Below, piece by piece: positions 14,411 through 27,074 of a stretch of DNA of 50,723 nt (the first letter of the stretch is position 1; every line of letters begins with the position of its first letter). The DNA is from Eledone cirrhosa. Its lineage: Eukaryota. A program made the position numbers and the translations under genes. Where the stretch lies: positions 1 through 50,723 of the forward strand of contig CAXHJY010000558.1 of assembly GCA_964016885.1 (NCBI GenBank). The letters are read 5' to 3'. A model generated the notes under the pieces. That model saw only the letters and a program-made list of their open reading frames with translations. It had not been told where the DNA came from and searched no databases.

Positions 14411-14484
14411 GGTCGCTTAGCTCAATGGTTAAAGTATTCAACTGAAATTTGAGAGTTACAGAGTTGTATCCTTTGTGGCGGCTG
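14411..14484 (+). pseudogene. tRNA-like sequence (GAA anticodon), pseudogene or SINE head
   Basis: GGTCGCT/GGCGGCT acceptor, GCTCAATGGTTAAAGT D-arm, TTCAA-CTGAAAT-TTGAG anticodon arm, degenerate T-loop. Confidence 0.45.
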
Positions 14485-14717
14485 TTGGCTTTTATTTCCA
14501 TCCCTAAAGTTATTTACTTGATTATCTCAGCTATTATTTATAGCAATCGATTATGGTTGCAGTTGTTTTCTGCGTTTGGGATTCCTACATTTTCTACGAA
14601 AAAAAAACATAATATAAAGATTCCATAACTTCTTGTGGAGTCGTTCGTAGAGGCACCGTCATACGGCGTGTCTAGGCCACTTTTAAACCTGGCGGAGCCC
14701 AACCCTCTCCAGGTCTG

Positions 14718-14927
14718 ACCCCAGTACTGGACTGGTACTTTTTTTTATCGACCTCAAAAGGATGAAAGGCAAAGTTGACCTCGGCGGGATTTGAACTCAG
14801 AGCGCGCAAGGAGGTGAGACGAATACCGTAAAGCATTCTATCCGACGTCTTAACGACCCTGTCAATACATACATAATTGTTTCTACTTTTGGCACAAGGC
14901 CAGCAATTACCCAGTACATTACTGGTA
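14718..14927 (-). mobile_element. tRNA-derived SINE fragments
   Basis: ggatgaaaggcaaagttgacctcggcgggatttgaactc core plus separate 3'-end piece aattgtttctacttttggcacaaggcc. Confidence 0.8.
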
Positions 14928-14929
14928 TA

Positions 14930-15175
14930 CATACATAATGGCTGCAAATTCTGCTAAGAGTATTGCAATCGCTTGTCAGATTGCAGAAAATAGCACACTT
15001 TTAAGCTACGGCCAGGCACACAAACCTGTAACATATCCTGAACAAGCAATGCCTGTGCTTTGAAGGTTTTTTAAGTGAGGAAAGGCCTTTCCCTCGACCA
15101 ATCCCACAATCTGAGCATCGAAAACGCTACCCGAAAAGGAGAACTGGTCAACGTCATCGGATGTTGAAAGGTGTG

Positions 15176-15206
<31 letters not shown>

Positions 15207-15385
15207 ACTATTTGGATGGCCGTTGGCTCTGCTGAGTTCCTCCGCCCTTTGCCGGGTTTTGTATTTCATCCCGCAGGGTGTCCAAATATCACCCTTCTCA
15301 CCAAGCACGAGTGCTACTGGTAACATGTAACCCAGTGCAACCTGTCTCATGGTCGGGTCGTCGGCGACTAAACCAGCAACCACAA
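14930..15385 (-). mobile_element. Non-coding retro-like element ending in GCAGCCAT(TATG)n, possibly RTE 5'-region derived
   Basis: Homologous to 41130-41472 (+); shares its 5' part with 15810-16000. Confidence 0.55.
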
Positions 15386-15394
15386 TACATACAT

Positions 15395-16001
15395 ATATGG
15401 TGGCTGCCAACTCCTTTTCGAGTACGGCCACTACTTTATATCCATGTAGGAGAACCCCTACCGATGCGCTGAACGAGTGTGACTTTTCAGTCCAGCCAGC
15501 GACTTGAAAACTCTGGTACAAACACTACACTTGTGACAATTACTGACACATAGTGCTGGGCCCATGGTACCATGTGACGACAAGTGCAGAGAGATCTCTA
15601 GATATAAAGCAATGCCTGTGCCGTGAAGCTTTTATAGTGAGCAAAGGCACTGCACAAAGCCAGTCCCACTCTCTTAACCAAGATGATATTTACCAAAAAG
15701 AAGAACAAGTCAACATCATTGGATACCATCAGGGTTGCAGGTGTTATATCAGAGTTTTCCTTCTCCTAGAATTCTGCCTTGACAAAGGCTAAGGGGTCAT
15801 CTCTCCTGGTGATTTTGGATGGCCATTGACTCTTAAGAGCTCCTTTGCCCTTTGACAGGTTTTGTTTTTAGTCCTGCAGGATGTCCAAAGTCACCCTCCT
15901 CACCAAGCAACCTTGGTGGGGTTGCCAGTTTAGTCGCCAACGACCCGACCATGAGACAGGTTGTACTGGGATACATGTTACCAGTAGCACCAACTGGTGA
16001 C
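15395..16001 (-). mobile_element. Related ~600-bp element with (TATG)n tail, tandem to the previous copy
   Basis: 15425-15810 is near-identical to 43507-43887 (+); contains AGAAGGAAAACTCTGATATAACACC, which I recall from RTE 5' regions. Confidence 0.55.
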
Positions 16002-16101
16002 CATACATACATACATACATACATACATACATGCATGCATGCATGCATACATACATACATACATACATACATACATACATACATACATACATACATACAT
16101 A

Positions 16102-16445
16102 CAGCTGCCCACTTGATGTAAACGTTGTCAGAAAAATACAGGAGAAGGAGGACATCTACGGACCATTGATGAGGAGTTTACAAATCCAGTATCCAAGATA
16201 CACCACTTTAGCTTCATACCCATCATTATTGGTGCTACGGGTTATATACCAATCCGCTTGGACCAAAATATGACTGAACTTGGATTTGCGGACAAAAAGC
16301 GCAGCTCCCTAATTCATAGTCTGCAAATGGCTGCGATAGCTGGCACCTTCAAAATTTGCAAAACATTCTTGCGATTCAAGGGATGACAATTTCTTTTCTT
16401 TTACAACCTTGCCACCAGGAAGGTGGCCGGTCAAAAAAATATACT
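16102..16445 (+). mobile_element. R4/Dong-like non-LTR 3' remnant (restriction-like endonuclease C-terminus)
   Basis: SCPLDVNVVRKIQEKEDIYGPL...(frameshift) FIPIIIGATGYIP...LQMAAIAGTFKICKTFL; flanked by (TACA)n. Confidence 0.65.
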
Positions 16446-16779
16446 CGAAATTAAGAGAAAGAGAAAAACATACACACATACACACATACACACATACACA
16501 CATACACACATACATACATACACACAGACACACAGACACACAGACACACAGACACACACACATACACACATACATACATATTCATTCGCCTGGCGAGATG
16601 GACCGGTTTTAGAACATCTACTCCGCTATACAGTGGTGGCCATAACTGGACACCCCGAAACCTAAAGTCGCGCATACATGTTAAGTGTATGAACCTTAAT
16701 ATAAATGAAATAAGGTCTTTTTTCCTTGACCCTTTATCTACAGATATCATGCATACACCGATATATGTATATATGTGTG

Positions 16780-16822
<43 letters not shown>

Positions 16823-16824
<2 letters not shown>

Positions 16825-17480
16825 AACCGTTGCACACGCATTGGTACACTGCTCGGGCGTAGCCGATCTGTGGGGCTATGTCGAACAACTGCTGTCAAGG
16901 GTGGAACCGATCCGGTTGACCACCGAGTCTATTGTAATGATCAAGCCGCCTCCCCCCTTCAAAGATGAAGCAGAGGCGGTGTTTCTGTGCGTAATAGCCA
17001 TGGCGAAAGAGGTTGTATGGTGGACGCGTCTGAAAGGACTGAGGTCAGGCACCTTTCTCTCTGGCCAACAACTGGTCCGTTTCTTCCGATATCATTTCGG
17101 AAGAAGGATCAGGATGGAGAGAGAGGTGCTGCACCCCAGCCGTTTCTATGAAAGATGGGTGAAAGTGGCGAGAATGGCCCGTGTGAATGGGCCTTCACTC
17201 TACATCAGACTATAGGTGAGGAAGATGAAAGACCAAGGGAGCACCCCTTCTCTGTGCTCCTGAGGAGAAGGGTTGCACACTTTTTTCGGGGGGGGTGTGC
17301 GACCCCCCAAGGCGCCTCCTCTCTATTGAGGATTTTGTTAAAAATTTTATTTTTTGTTATATCTTATTTTATTTTTATATTTTGTTATTGCCTCCTCCTT
17401 ATTGAGGACGCCTTTTTGTGTAAACTCCCCCCTTTGTACTTGTCCCACTTTTGATGCCCTAGTGGCAAATAAAAGAAATA
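16823..17480 (+). mobile_element. 5'-truncated L1/Tx1-clade LINE 3' end inserted in (TATC)n
   Basis: TVAHALVHC (end of CCHC knuckle)...LWGYVEQLL...FLCVIAMAKEVVWWTR...FYERW; T-rich 3' UTR; (tatc)n on both sides; homologous to 50265-50723. Confidence 0.72.
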
Positions 17481-17499
17481 TATCTATCTATCTATCTAT

Positions 17500-17578
17500 G
17501 TGTAACCCCCCCCCCCCCTTGTATTTGTCCCCTTCTTTTGCGCCCTCGTGGCAATAAATAGAAACATATCTATCTATC

Positions 17579-17580
<2 letters not shown>
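17500..17580 (+). mobile_element. Second, very short 3'-end copy of the Tx1-like family
   Basis: tgtaaccccc...ttgtatttgtcccc...gccctcgtggcaataaa followed by tatctatctatc duplicates 17420-17495. Confidence 0.65.
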
Positions 17581-17657
<77 letters not shown>

Positions 17658-17803
17658 TTTTACACACACACGTATACACATACAAATCTGCATATATATG
17701 CACACTCACACACACAGACATATATAAAAATATATACGCACGTACGCACATATATATATATGTATAATATATATATATATATATACATACGCACGTATAC
17801 GCC

Positions 17804-17889
<86 letters not shown>

Positions 17890-18632
17890 TATATATATAT
17901 ATACACACATATATATAGTTCCTATTATCTCAAGTACCATAGTGTAATGTTATTCATACAGTGAAGTTTGGTGTTGTATTTACAACACAGCATTAATGCA
18001 CAAAGGAATGCAGTCTCTTCACTAATCATCACAGCCCACACACGTGCACGATGTGCATATGCACACACACACTAACACGCACGCACGCGCGCGCACATAT
18101 ATATATATACACACACACAAATACATACATTCTTGTTTTGTTGCTCTATGCACAGCTGTTTCTGTTGCTGTTTCTGCTGTTGTTGCACACTTCATTCTGC
18201 ATAGAAGTGTCATATCAGTCTATGGTTAATGTCATTGGAAACTGCAACAAACACTTGCATTATTTTGGTGCAAGCTTGCTTTGAAATAACGGACGTTTCA
18301 TTGCTGTTTCTTGTTACACGCCAACGATTAGTGGACATGGCTCCTCCCCTCCCACTCATACTTACCCATCCCCCCTACACTTACCCATCCCCCCCACACA
18401 CTTACCCATCCCCCCGCACACTTACCCCTCCCCCACACACACCTACCCCTCCCCCACACACACTTACCCCTCCCCCACACCCACTTACACTTACACACAC
18501 ACACACACACTTACCCCACCTTATCTTGCTACAAATAATTCTCTTGAAATTTTTCATTATAAATAAAGAAACCAGTAATACACTGAAAAAATTGCTGGCC
18601 TTGTGCCAAAAGTAGAAACAATTATTATAATT

Positions 18633-18820
18633 GATGGATTGGCAGTATCAGTAGAGGGTCGGACGCCATGCTTTCCAGCATAGTTACGTCCCTTTACGGT
18701 CTGAGTTCAAATCCCGCCGAGGTTGACTTTGCCTTTCATCCTTACGGGGTCGATAAAATAAAGTACCAGTAATGCACTGGGGTAATTGCTGGCCTTGTGC
18801 CAAAAGTAGAAACAATTATT
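18633..18820 (+). mobile_element. Full-length tRNA-derived SINE (~190 bp)
   Basis: A-box-like TGGCAGTATCAG, B-box GAGTTCAAATCC, core ctttgcctttcatcct...ggtcgataaaataaagtaccag, 3' end ttgtgccaaaagtagaaacaattatt; extra 3' fragment at 18590-18628. Confidence 0.88.
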
Positions 18821-18959
18821 CCTATAAGAAATGTTGAGAGAGAGAGAACGAGAGAGACTGTGTGTGAAAGACAGATAGATATCACCATAGTAACTAACTA
18901 CACAGCAAGTGATGCTTTCCCGCCAGTACTCTCAGCTTGTCGCCAACCGTTGTTGCTGG

Positions 18960-19046
18960 CTTGTGTGTTCGTTACTCGAGACACCGTTCGTCACCCGAGA
19001 CGTTTTATATTCGGAAAAATTCTTCGTGAACCGATGTTCCACTGTA
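18960..19046 (-). mobile_element. Tigger/pogo-like terminus
   Basis: Reverse complement TA-CAGTGGAACATCGGTTCACGAA; second end not found. Confidence 0.45.
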
Positions 19047-19151
19047 TATTGCTAATCGTGAGGCAGTGAGTGTCTTTCGTTGGAAATATGTTAAGAAAAA
19101 GGTGAAAAACGAGGGAACACCATCTCCGCTCGATCATATATCATGACCGAC

Positions 19152-19431
19152 CAGAGGCATAACTAGAGAAGCGCCTATGGCAAGCAGTGAAATTGCTCCC
19201 CTGCCCAGCACTGTATTTTTACCTATGGGTCTAATAATTTATATAAATGGTTTAATGATCCAGCCACCATAGTGTTCTCACTCATGATGATCAGAGACAG
19301 GTCATACATCTGAAGGAGTTTCTTTTTTCACTCTCCAACGAGGTTCATTTGACTTTAATAGAACGTGCTCCTAGTCTAAGTGACGCCTATGGTACGTGCC
19401 GTGCTTACCATATCCCGAGGTTACGCCTCTG
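19152..19431. mobile_element. hAT-like MITE (280 bp)
   Basis: TIR CAGAGGCATAAC / GTTACGCCTCTG; 8-bp TSD tgaccgac / taaccgac. Confidence 0.7.
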
Positions 19432-19710
19432 TAACCGACCATGGGCTAAACAACAACAACAACAACAACAACAGCAGCAGCAGCTTCTTTATCGTTTTTA
19501 CAGGCTGGCTTGTTTACAAGCTGTTGTCAGTCTTCATAATTATTACTGACTAATAGCATTCAAATGTACCGAAAAAAAACTTCTCTCGTAGTTTTGATTC
19601 TTTCCTACTTAGTAACTCTATCAATCACACTGCCGTACTCGAGAAGAGAGTATGCGTGTGAGTGGGACTATGAGTGGGAGTGTGAGTGAGACTGTGAGTG
19701 TGTGTATGTA

Positions 19711-19742
19711 CGAAGGGGGCTTCAAAAAGTTCGTGGAAAAAG
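19711..19742 (+). mobile_element. Mariner-like TIR (Hsmar2/MADE2-type) solo end
   Basis: TA-CGAAGGGGGCTTCAAAAAGTTCGTGGAAAA. Confidence 0.5.
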
Positions 19743-20049
19743 TACATAGCTAAAAATCATATGTTCGCGTACTAACGTGTCATAATATGTTCTAGCATGA
19801 ACCCTTAAATGCATGTTGCAACGCCACGTATATGTGTGTGAGGGTGGAGAGAGGAAGGGGGGGGGGGGAGATTGAGGGTGATAAGTAACCTTAGTAAATT
19901 TGGTAAAATATAAAACGGGTCTGGATTATATTTGTCCCGAACTATTTACAAACTATTTCCATAGTCTCCGCTTTGTTTACGAACCAAACACCTTTTTACC
20001 TCGTATTTCTGTCGTTCAAACACTCTCTTCTTCTACTCTCCCCAATACA

Positions 20050-20080
<31 letters not shown>

Positions 20081-20082
20081 AA

Positions 20083-20582
20083 ATGATCATCATTTTACGT
20101 CCGCTTTTCCCTGCTTGCAAGGGTGAGATGGGTCCTATTCAGCACAGCATCTCTCCACTTGTCACGGTCCATCGTCATCTCCGTGAGCTTCAGCGATTTG
20201 AGATCTGCTCTTACCACCTCCGCTCATGTTTTTCGTGGTCTTCCTCTACTGCGTCTTCCTTCTACTGGGATTTTTTGGCACTTCTTTACCCAGCGGTCAT
20301 CCTCCATGCGCATCACATGTTCATACCATCGCAGTCTTCTCTCCCGCACACTACGACTTATCCCTCTTAAACACAGTTTCTTTCTCAACTCATCTATGTC
20401 TGGTCGTTCACGCATATTGACATTACACATCTAACGGAGCATGCTTGCTTCATTTCTCTCCAGCCGTCACATATCCTCTGCAGTTGCTGCCCATTTCACA
20501 CAGGCATCATATAACCAGCCTTTCGTACGCAGGGAGGAACCCTTCTTTGTCAACAGAGGAAGCAGCTCCCTAAACTTCTTCA
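20083..20582 (-). mobile_element. RTE-BovB-like LINE 3' remnant
   Basis: KFRELLPLLTKKGSSLRTKGWLYDACV...RRLRWYEHVMRMEDDRWVKKC...VEGRRSRGRPRKT; internal deletion and stops. Confidence 0.85.
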
Positions 20583-20870
20583 TATATAGGTATACACACA
20601 CACACACACACAAGGGCCCCTTACCAGGAGAAAGCCCCCCCCCCTCACACACACACACTTTTCAAACGTCTATATTTTATTTTTTGTTGATTTGGTATAA
20701 TAAATTCTTTTTAAGTTTATTTTTTTTATATCTGAACTTCATTTGAATATATAAAATTTAATTAGCGTAAAATTATCCTTATGTGATAGGGTCCGGGAAA
20801 GGCACTATAAGTAATTTATGCTCTTTTAAGAATCAACAAATTTTGGTTTTGTCCCTCTCACATTTTTTAA

Positions 20871-21090
20871 TCCTTTAATGTTCAAACCGGCCAAAACCGG
20901 CCAGAATTCTCTGCCTCTTTCTGTTGAAACTGGCTGTAACTGGCCACTCATACTGATGTTAAGGTATTGTTCTCAAAATAAATACTTTCATAATCTCATA
21001 GATTCGATATTATGTGAGATAATTATGCGAGATAAAGCCTTTACCATGAAAATATAATAGTATATATAGAGTAACGTGAATGCTAAAGGG
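20871..21090. mobile_element. piggyBac-like MITE (220 bp)
   Basis: TTAA-tcctttaatgttc ... gaatgctaaaggg-TTAA. Confidence 0.7.
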
Positions 21091-21269
21091 TTAAGGCAAA
21101 CGAGGCCTCTGCACACGCAGATAAGCCAAGAAATTGGTAAAAATGTTCCTTAGGGTCTTAGAGTGTTAACCCTAGAATATTTTGAGGCTTTGAAAAGTAC
21201 GAACACCGAGCGACCGACCAGACTGTGAACTTTCATTCATTTGATGAAGATAACTTTTGGTTTCTCGCT

Positions 21270-21497
21270 TTTCAATCTCTCTCTCTCTCTCATTCAACTC
21301 CCGCTGTCATATCTCTATATAATCTCTCTCTCACTCATTCAATTCCCGCTGTCATATCTCTCTATAATCTCTCTCTCTCACTCATTCAACTCCCGCTGTC
21401 ATATCTCTATATAATCTCTGTTTCTTTGTTTGTCCTGCCCCCCCCCCCCCCCTCTGTTGTCATATCTCCATCTAATTTCTTTCTCTCTTTCGTTCTC

Positions 21498-21540
<43 letters not shown>

Positions 21541-21977
21541 CAACTCCCGCTGTCATATCTCTATATAATCTCTGTATCTTTGTTTATCCTTCTGCCCCCC
21601 CCCCTCCTCCGTTGTCATATCTCCATCTAATTTCTTTCTCTCTTTCGTTCTCTCACTCTCTCTCTCACTCTCTCTCTCTCTCTCTCGCGACACCCACTCA
21701 CTCCCCGCTGTGATATCTCTATATAACCATATCTTATATTCTCTGTCTCTGTGTGTCGTTCCCCTCCCGCTGTGATATCTCCAAATCAGATATTTCTCTC
21801 TCTTTCTCCCTCTCTCTCTTCCTCTCCCTCTCTCTCTTTCTCCCTCTCTCTCTTTCTCCCTCTCTCTCTTTCTCCCTCTCTCTCTTCCTCTCCCTCTCTC
21901 TCTTCCTCTCCTCTCTCTCTCTATTCCTCCCCCTCTCTCTCTATTCCTCCTCCTCTCTCTCTATTCCTCCTCATCTC

Positions 21978-22015
<38 letters not shown>

Positions 22016-22740
22016 CTATATATATATATATATATCACCATATCTTATATTCTGTCTCAGTGTGTCGTGCTTCTCCCGCTGTGGTATCTCTAAACAAAAT
22101 TTCTCCCCCTCCCCCCTCTCCCCCTCTCTCCCCCGATCCCTCCCTCTCAGCCCCGTTACCCCCCCCCCCCTCTCCCGCTGTGATATCACTATATCTTATA
22201 TTCTCAACCTAACAGATTCTCATTATTTGATGAAGTTCACTTTCTGTTAAAAGGTTCTCACTTATAAATACATCTCTCTCTCTCTCTCTCTCTCGCTGTG
22301 ATATCTCCATATAATCACCTCCCACTCTCTCTCTCTCTCTCCCCACTCCCTCTCTTTCTCTCCTCCCCACTCCCTCTCTCCCCACTCCCTCTCTCCCCAC
22401 TCCCTCTCTCTCCTCTCTCTCTCTCCCCACTCCCTCTCCCTCTCTTTCTCTCCTCCTCACTCCCTCTCTCTCTCCCCACTCCCTCTCTCCCTCTCTCTCT
22501 CCCACTCCCTCTCTCTCTCCCCACTCCCTCTCTCTCCCCCCACTCCCTCTCTCTCCCCACTCCCTCTCTCCCTCTCTCTCCCCACTCCCCCTCTCTCTCC
22601 CTCTCTCTCCTCTCTCCCCCTCTCTCCCCACTCCCTCTCTCTCTCCTCTCTCTCCTCACTCCCTCTCTTTCTCTCTCTCTTTCTCCTCCCCACTCCCCAC
22701 TCACCCCCTCCCTCTCTCCCCCCCTCCTCCTCTCCCCCCA
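21270..22740. repeat. CT-rich region with dispersed CTCCCGCTGT(C/G)ATATCTC motif, then (CTCCCCACTCC)-type repeats
   Basis: About 10 motif copies separated by (CT)n or poly-C. Confidence 0.8.
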
Positions 22741-22884
22741 CTATATCCTCTATTACTATGTTCTCAGTAGCGGTGTAATACTTCCCACCAGTTCGATACC
22801 AAACAACTTTCTCATTCCATCTCCTGTCCTAACTCTCGCACGGAAACACTTTTTCATTGAACTCGTCGAGTTTTTTTTAAAGAA

Positions 22885-23098
22885 CCTGTGTAGTCTCGTA
22901 CTTGTGTGTGTGTCTTGTACTTGTGTGTGTCTTGTGCATGTGAGTATATGTCTTGTGTGTGTGTGTAGTCTTGTACTTGAGTGTGTGTGTGTGTCTTGTG
23001 TATGTGAGTATATGTCTTGTATCTCGTACTTGTGTGTGTATATGTGTGTGTAGTCTTGTACTTGTGTGTGTGTGTCTTCTTGTGTATGTAAGTATGTC

Positions 23099-23132
<34 letters not shown>

Positions 23133-23641
23133 CTCGTACTTGCGTGTGTGTGTATATATATATATATTTGTGTGTATATGTATATATACATATATATATA
23201 CATATATATATATATATGTTTGTATATGTTTGTGTATGTATATATATGTTTTGTGTATGTATATATATAATGTGTGTATGTATATATATATGTGTGTATG
23301 TATATATATATATATATATATATGTGTGTATGTATATATATATATATATATATATGTGTGTATGTATATATATATATATGTGTGTGTATGTATATATATA
23401 TATATGTGTGTGTATGTATATATATATATATGTGTGTGTATGTATATATATATATATGTGTGTGTATGTATATATATATATATATATATGTGTATGTATA
23501 TATATATATATGTGTGTGTATGTATGTATATATATATATATATGTGTGTATGTATATATATATATGTGTGTATGTATATATATATATGTGTGTATGTATA
23601 TATATATATGTCTGTGAGTGTATATATATATACGTCTGTGG

Positions 23642-23684
<43 letters not shown>

Positions 23685-23764
23685 TATGTCAGTGTATATA
23701 TATATGTATATATATATCTGTGTGTGTATATATATATATGTATATATATATATATCTGTGTGTG

Positions 23765-23796
<32 letters not shown>

Positions 23797-23838
23797 TATG
23801 TCTGTCAGTGTATATATATATATATGTCTATGTCAGTG

Positions 23839-23874
<36 letters not shown>

Positions 23875-23888
23875 TGTCTATGTCAGTG

Positions 23889-23919
<31 letters not shown>

Positions 23920-23932
23920 GTCTATGTCAGTG

Positions 23933-23970
<38 letters not shown>

Positions 23971-23981
23971 TGTCTATGTCA

Positions 23982-24019
<38 letters not shown>

Positions 24020-24094
24020 GTGTGTGTATATATATATATGTGTGTGTGTGTGTGTATATATATATGTGTGTGTGTGTATATATATATATATGTC

Positions 24095-24150
<56 letters not shown>

Positions 24151-24273
24151 AACCAGTAAGACCCCCTTACTGGTTCCTATTACCCATTCTACTACCTCAA
24201 GTATTGAGTACTTTGGTGCGTTATGGTCCACCTGGTTCCTTACCACATTTCCTTCGTTATATATATATATGTC

Positions 24274-24310
<37 letters not shown>

Positions 24311-24323
24311 GTCTGTGTGTATA

Positions 24324-24367
<44 letters not shown>

Positions 24368-24368
24368 C

Positions 24369-24424
<56 letters not shown>

Positions 24425-24931
24425 TCTGTGTGTCTGTGTAAGTGGTGTATATATATATGTGTGGATATATATGTTAAAAAATACATTCTCGGTGTTATGT
24501 CTTTTACTTACTCAGCTGTGGTTTACCATTGTTCACCAGGTTTATACATTTGTTTCATTGTCTATTTTTTTCTAATACTATTTATTTTATCGATGTCTAT
24601 GTGTCGAAGCGCTAGGTCACGAAGACATTAAGATACAGAATGTAAACACCAGTTTTTAGACGCACGTACACACGTGTGTGGTATATATATATATATACAC
24701 ACACATATATATATATATACCCACACGCACATATATATATATATATATGTGTGTGTATGTGTATATTTGCATGTATGTATACATATGTGTGTGTGTGTAT
24801 GAATGTATATATATATATATATGTGTATATAGGTATGTATATATGTGTGTGTGTGTGTATATATATATATGTATATAGGTATGTATATATATGTGTGTGT
24901 GTATATATACACACACGCATATATACATACT

Positions 24932-24980
<49 letters not shown>

Positions 24981-24985
24981 ACACA
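22885..24985. repeat. (TG)/(TA) compound microsatellites
   Basis: Direct reading. Confidence 0.92.
24148..24258 (+). mobile_element. Family D fragment with short terminal fold-back, inside (TA)n
   Basis: taggaaccagtaag accccc ttactggttccta followed by the family D tail. Confidence 0.7.
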
Positions 24986-25383
24986 TATACATATTATAGC
25001 CCCGCCCCCACCTCACCCACAAAGTAGGTAGGTTGATCCTCTTGGGTGAAGTGCAGTTAGGCAGTCTGAAAATGTATGCAGTTATAATATGCATGTGCGC
25101 GTCTGTATGTATATATATATATATATCATAATAATATAACACATTAATTCTGTGGTAATCACATTGTGCTTTGTCTGATAATTTGAGTATGTATGAGCTT
25201 TGATATCTTTCTCCTCTCTCTCTCTCGTAGTGTTGACAAGATAGTCAGCGGCAGAACAACAACAACTAACTATAACTTCATACTCTGTCATTATAGTAAC
25301 AATACACCGTCAGATACAAGTATCTTCAGACTATAAAAACGGCTATCCACATATCTGTCTATCTAGCTGTTTGTTTGCTTAGC

Positions 25384-25424
<41 letters not shown>

Positions 25425-25594
25425 CGTTATCTGTGTCTATATATCCATCCTTCTATCTGCCTATCTAGCCATCTATCTCTTTACCTATAGCTATCAATCT
25501 ACATTTACCAATATATCTATCTTTGGACAAGATCAACAACAAAACAAGAATTCCAATAGCAGTCCTACGATAGACAGACACACAGATAGATAGA

Positions 25595-26412
25595 TTTATT
25601 TATACATATACGGTCGTTTCAACGCGGCTAGAGCTTCTCGTCAGTTGTGGAATAAAACAGATATCTGTAAAATAACTCCATTACAGGTGTTAAACTCAAA
25701 ACTGTATCTCTTCAGGAAATATAATGATAAAAAATAACAATAAATTGATTAATATCATGAGACAAATTATCAAGAATAACACAGGATTTAAAGTAATGTG
25801 CATTCAAAGAGGATGGAATTTATAAATGCAAAATCATAAGCTTGTGTATATTTTTAGACATGCAAAAATAAACAATTATCAGTGTTTTTCCACAAATATG
25901 TTAAAAATATGTTAAAGCTGTTAATTGGTTACAGCAGGAGTTGTTAGAAAGGAAGTTTTTATAAGATAAATTGCACTGCTTATTATTTTTTAAAACTTTT
26001 TATCGTAAAAAGATTTGAAGATGTTTAGAAGATATTTCGTTGGTTAAAGAAGTCTGCAAATGGGAAGTAAGATTGAATTAATGCAGTAAACACATTTTTT
26101 CCATAGATATATATTCCTGGAAGCAGATATACACATTTACCTATTATTTTTCTAATTAATAATTCTATTCTAATAAATAATTTTACTGATAATATATTCC
26201 TCCACAATTGGTGAGATACTCTCGCTTCTTTGAAACGACCGTAGATGTATAAATAAATAAATAAAATAATAATAATCCTTGGTCTTATTGAATTTTGAAT
26301 TATAAATGCTCTGCTACTATAACTGTTCGTTCCTGAAAAGCGAAAGGTAAAAGAGGGCATTGAGCTTAACTCATCTTACCAATGAGAATAGTGAACTATT
26401 ACATTATAACCT
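25595..26412. mobile_element. Diverged inverted pair of a hammerhead-bearing family (H)
   Basis: Minus CTGACGA-GAAGCTCTAGCCGCGTT-GAAACGACCGTA at 25604-25649; plus ttggtga...gaaacgaccgta at 26208-26243; both homologous to 34597-35045. Confidence 0.6.
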
Positions 26413-26419
26413 CATATAT

Positions 26420-26458
<39 letters not shown>

Positions 26459-26529
26459 TACACATACATATAATAATAATAATGATAATATAAGAACGAT
26501 TTGTTAAGTCTTCATTTCGTTTATTGATT

Positions 26530-26600
26530 GGTGACGCGCATTTCGCTATTGATCAGCTCAAGGTTCAATCTGTATCGATCTAGCCCAACTCTGGAATCAA
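26530..26600 (-). ncRNA. Hammerhead-like motif with extended stem II (family F)
   Basis: Minus strand CCGACGA-GCTTTTGAT...ATCAATAGC-GAAA-TGCGCG-TC. Confidence 0.55.
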
Positions 26601-26711
26601 AAGCTCGTCGGATCTCTGCGGTAGTCCTTGTATTATTATATTACACTCTATCTAGCTCTACATCGAGTGCTCACCTGGGTGAACCTACAGTAACTTCGCT
26701 TTACACTCCCT

Positions 26712-26752
<41 letters not shown>

Positions 26753-27074
26753 TAACAGATTAAAGTTTAAGCAAAGAATCGCTGCTTTCACCCTTAACGG
26801 GATCTTCTGAAACTAAAAAAAAATCAATCTGTGAACGCAGAAGTAAATATTTCGAAAAACGTTGCAACCGAAGGAAAACAGGAAGACGATACTTTGGTTC
26901 GTGAAGACGTTCCCTGGCAATGAATGGAAAATAGCGAAGATAATACGTCAGCAATGAGAACAATATTTGTCATAATGTCGTAATGGAGACAACCTGACAT
27001 ATAGACAGATATTATAAGAGCGTGACGTTATAGCTATGTATCTATCTAAAAAGACAGACTAAGAAAGATAGAGA

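Noticed and set aside
26755-26925. Possible host exon (LSKESLLSPLTGSS...EDVPWQ)
   Set aside because: Requires a frameshift in a poly-A run and has no recognisable domain or partner exons
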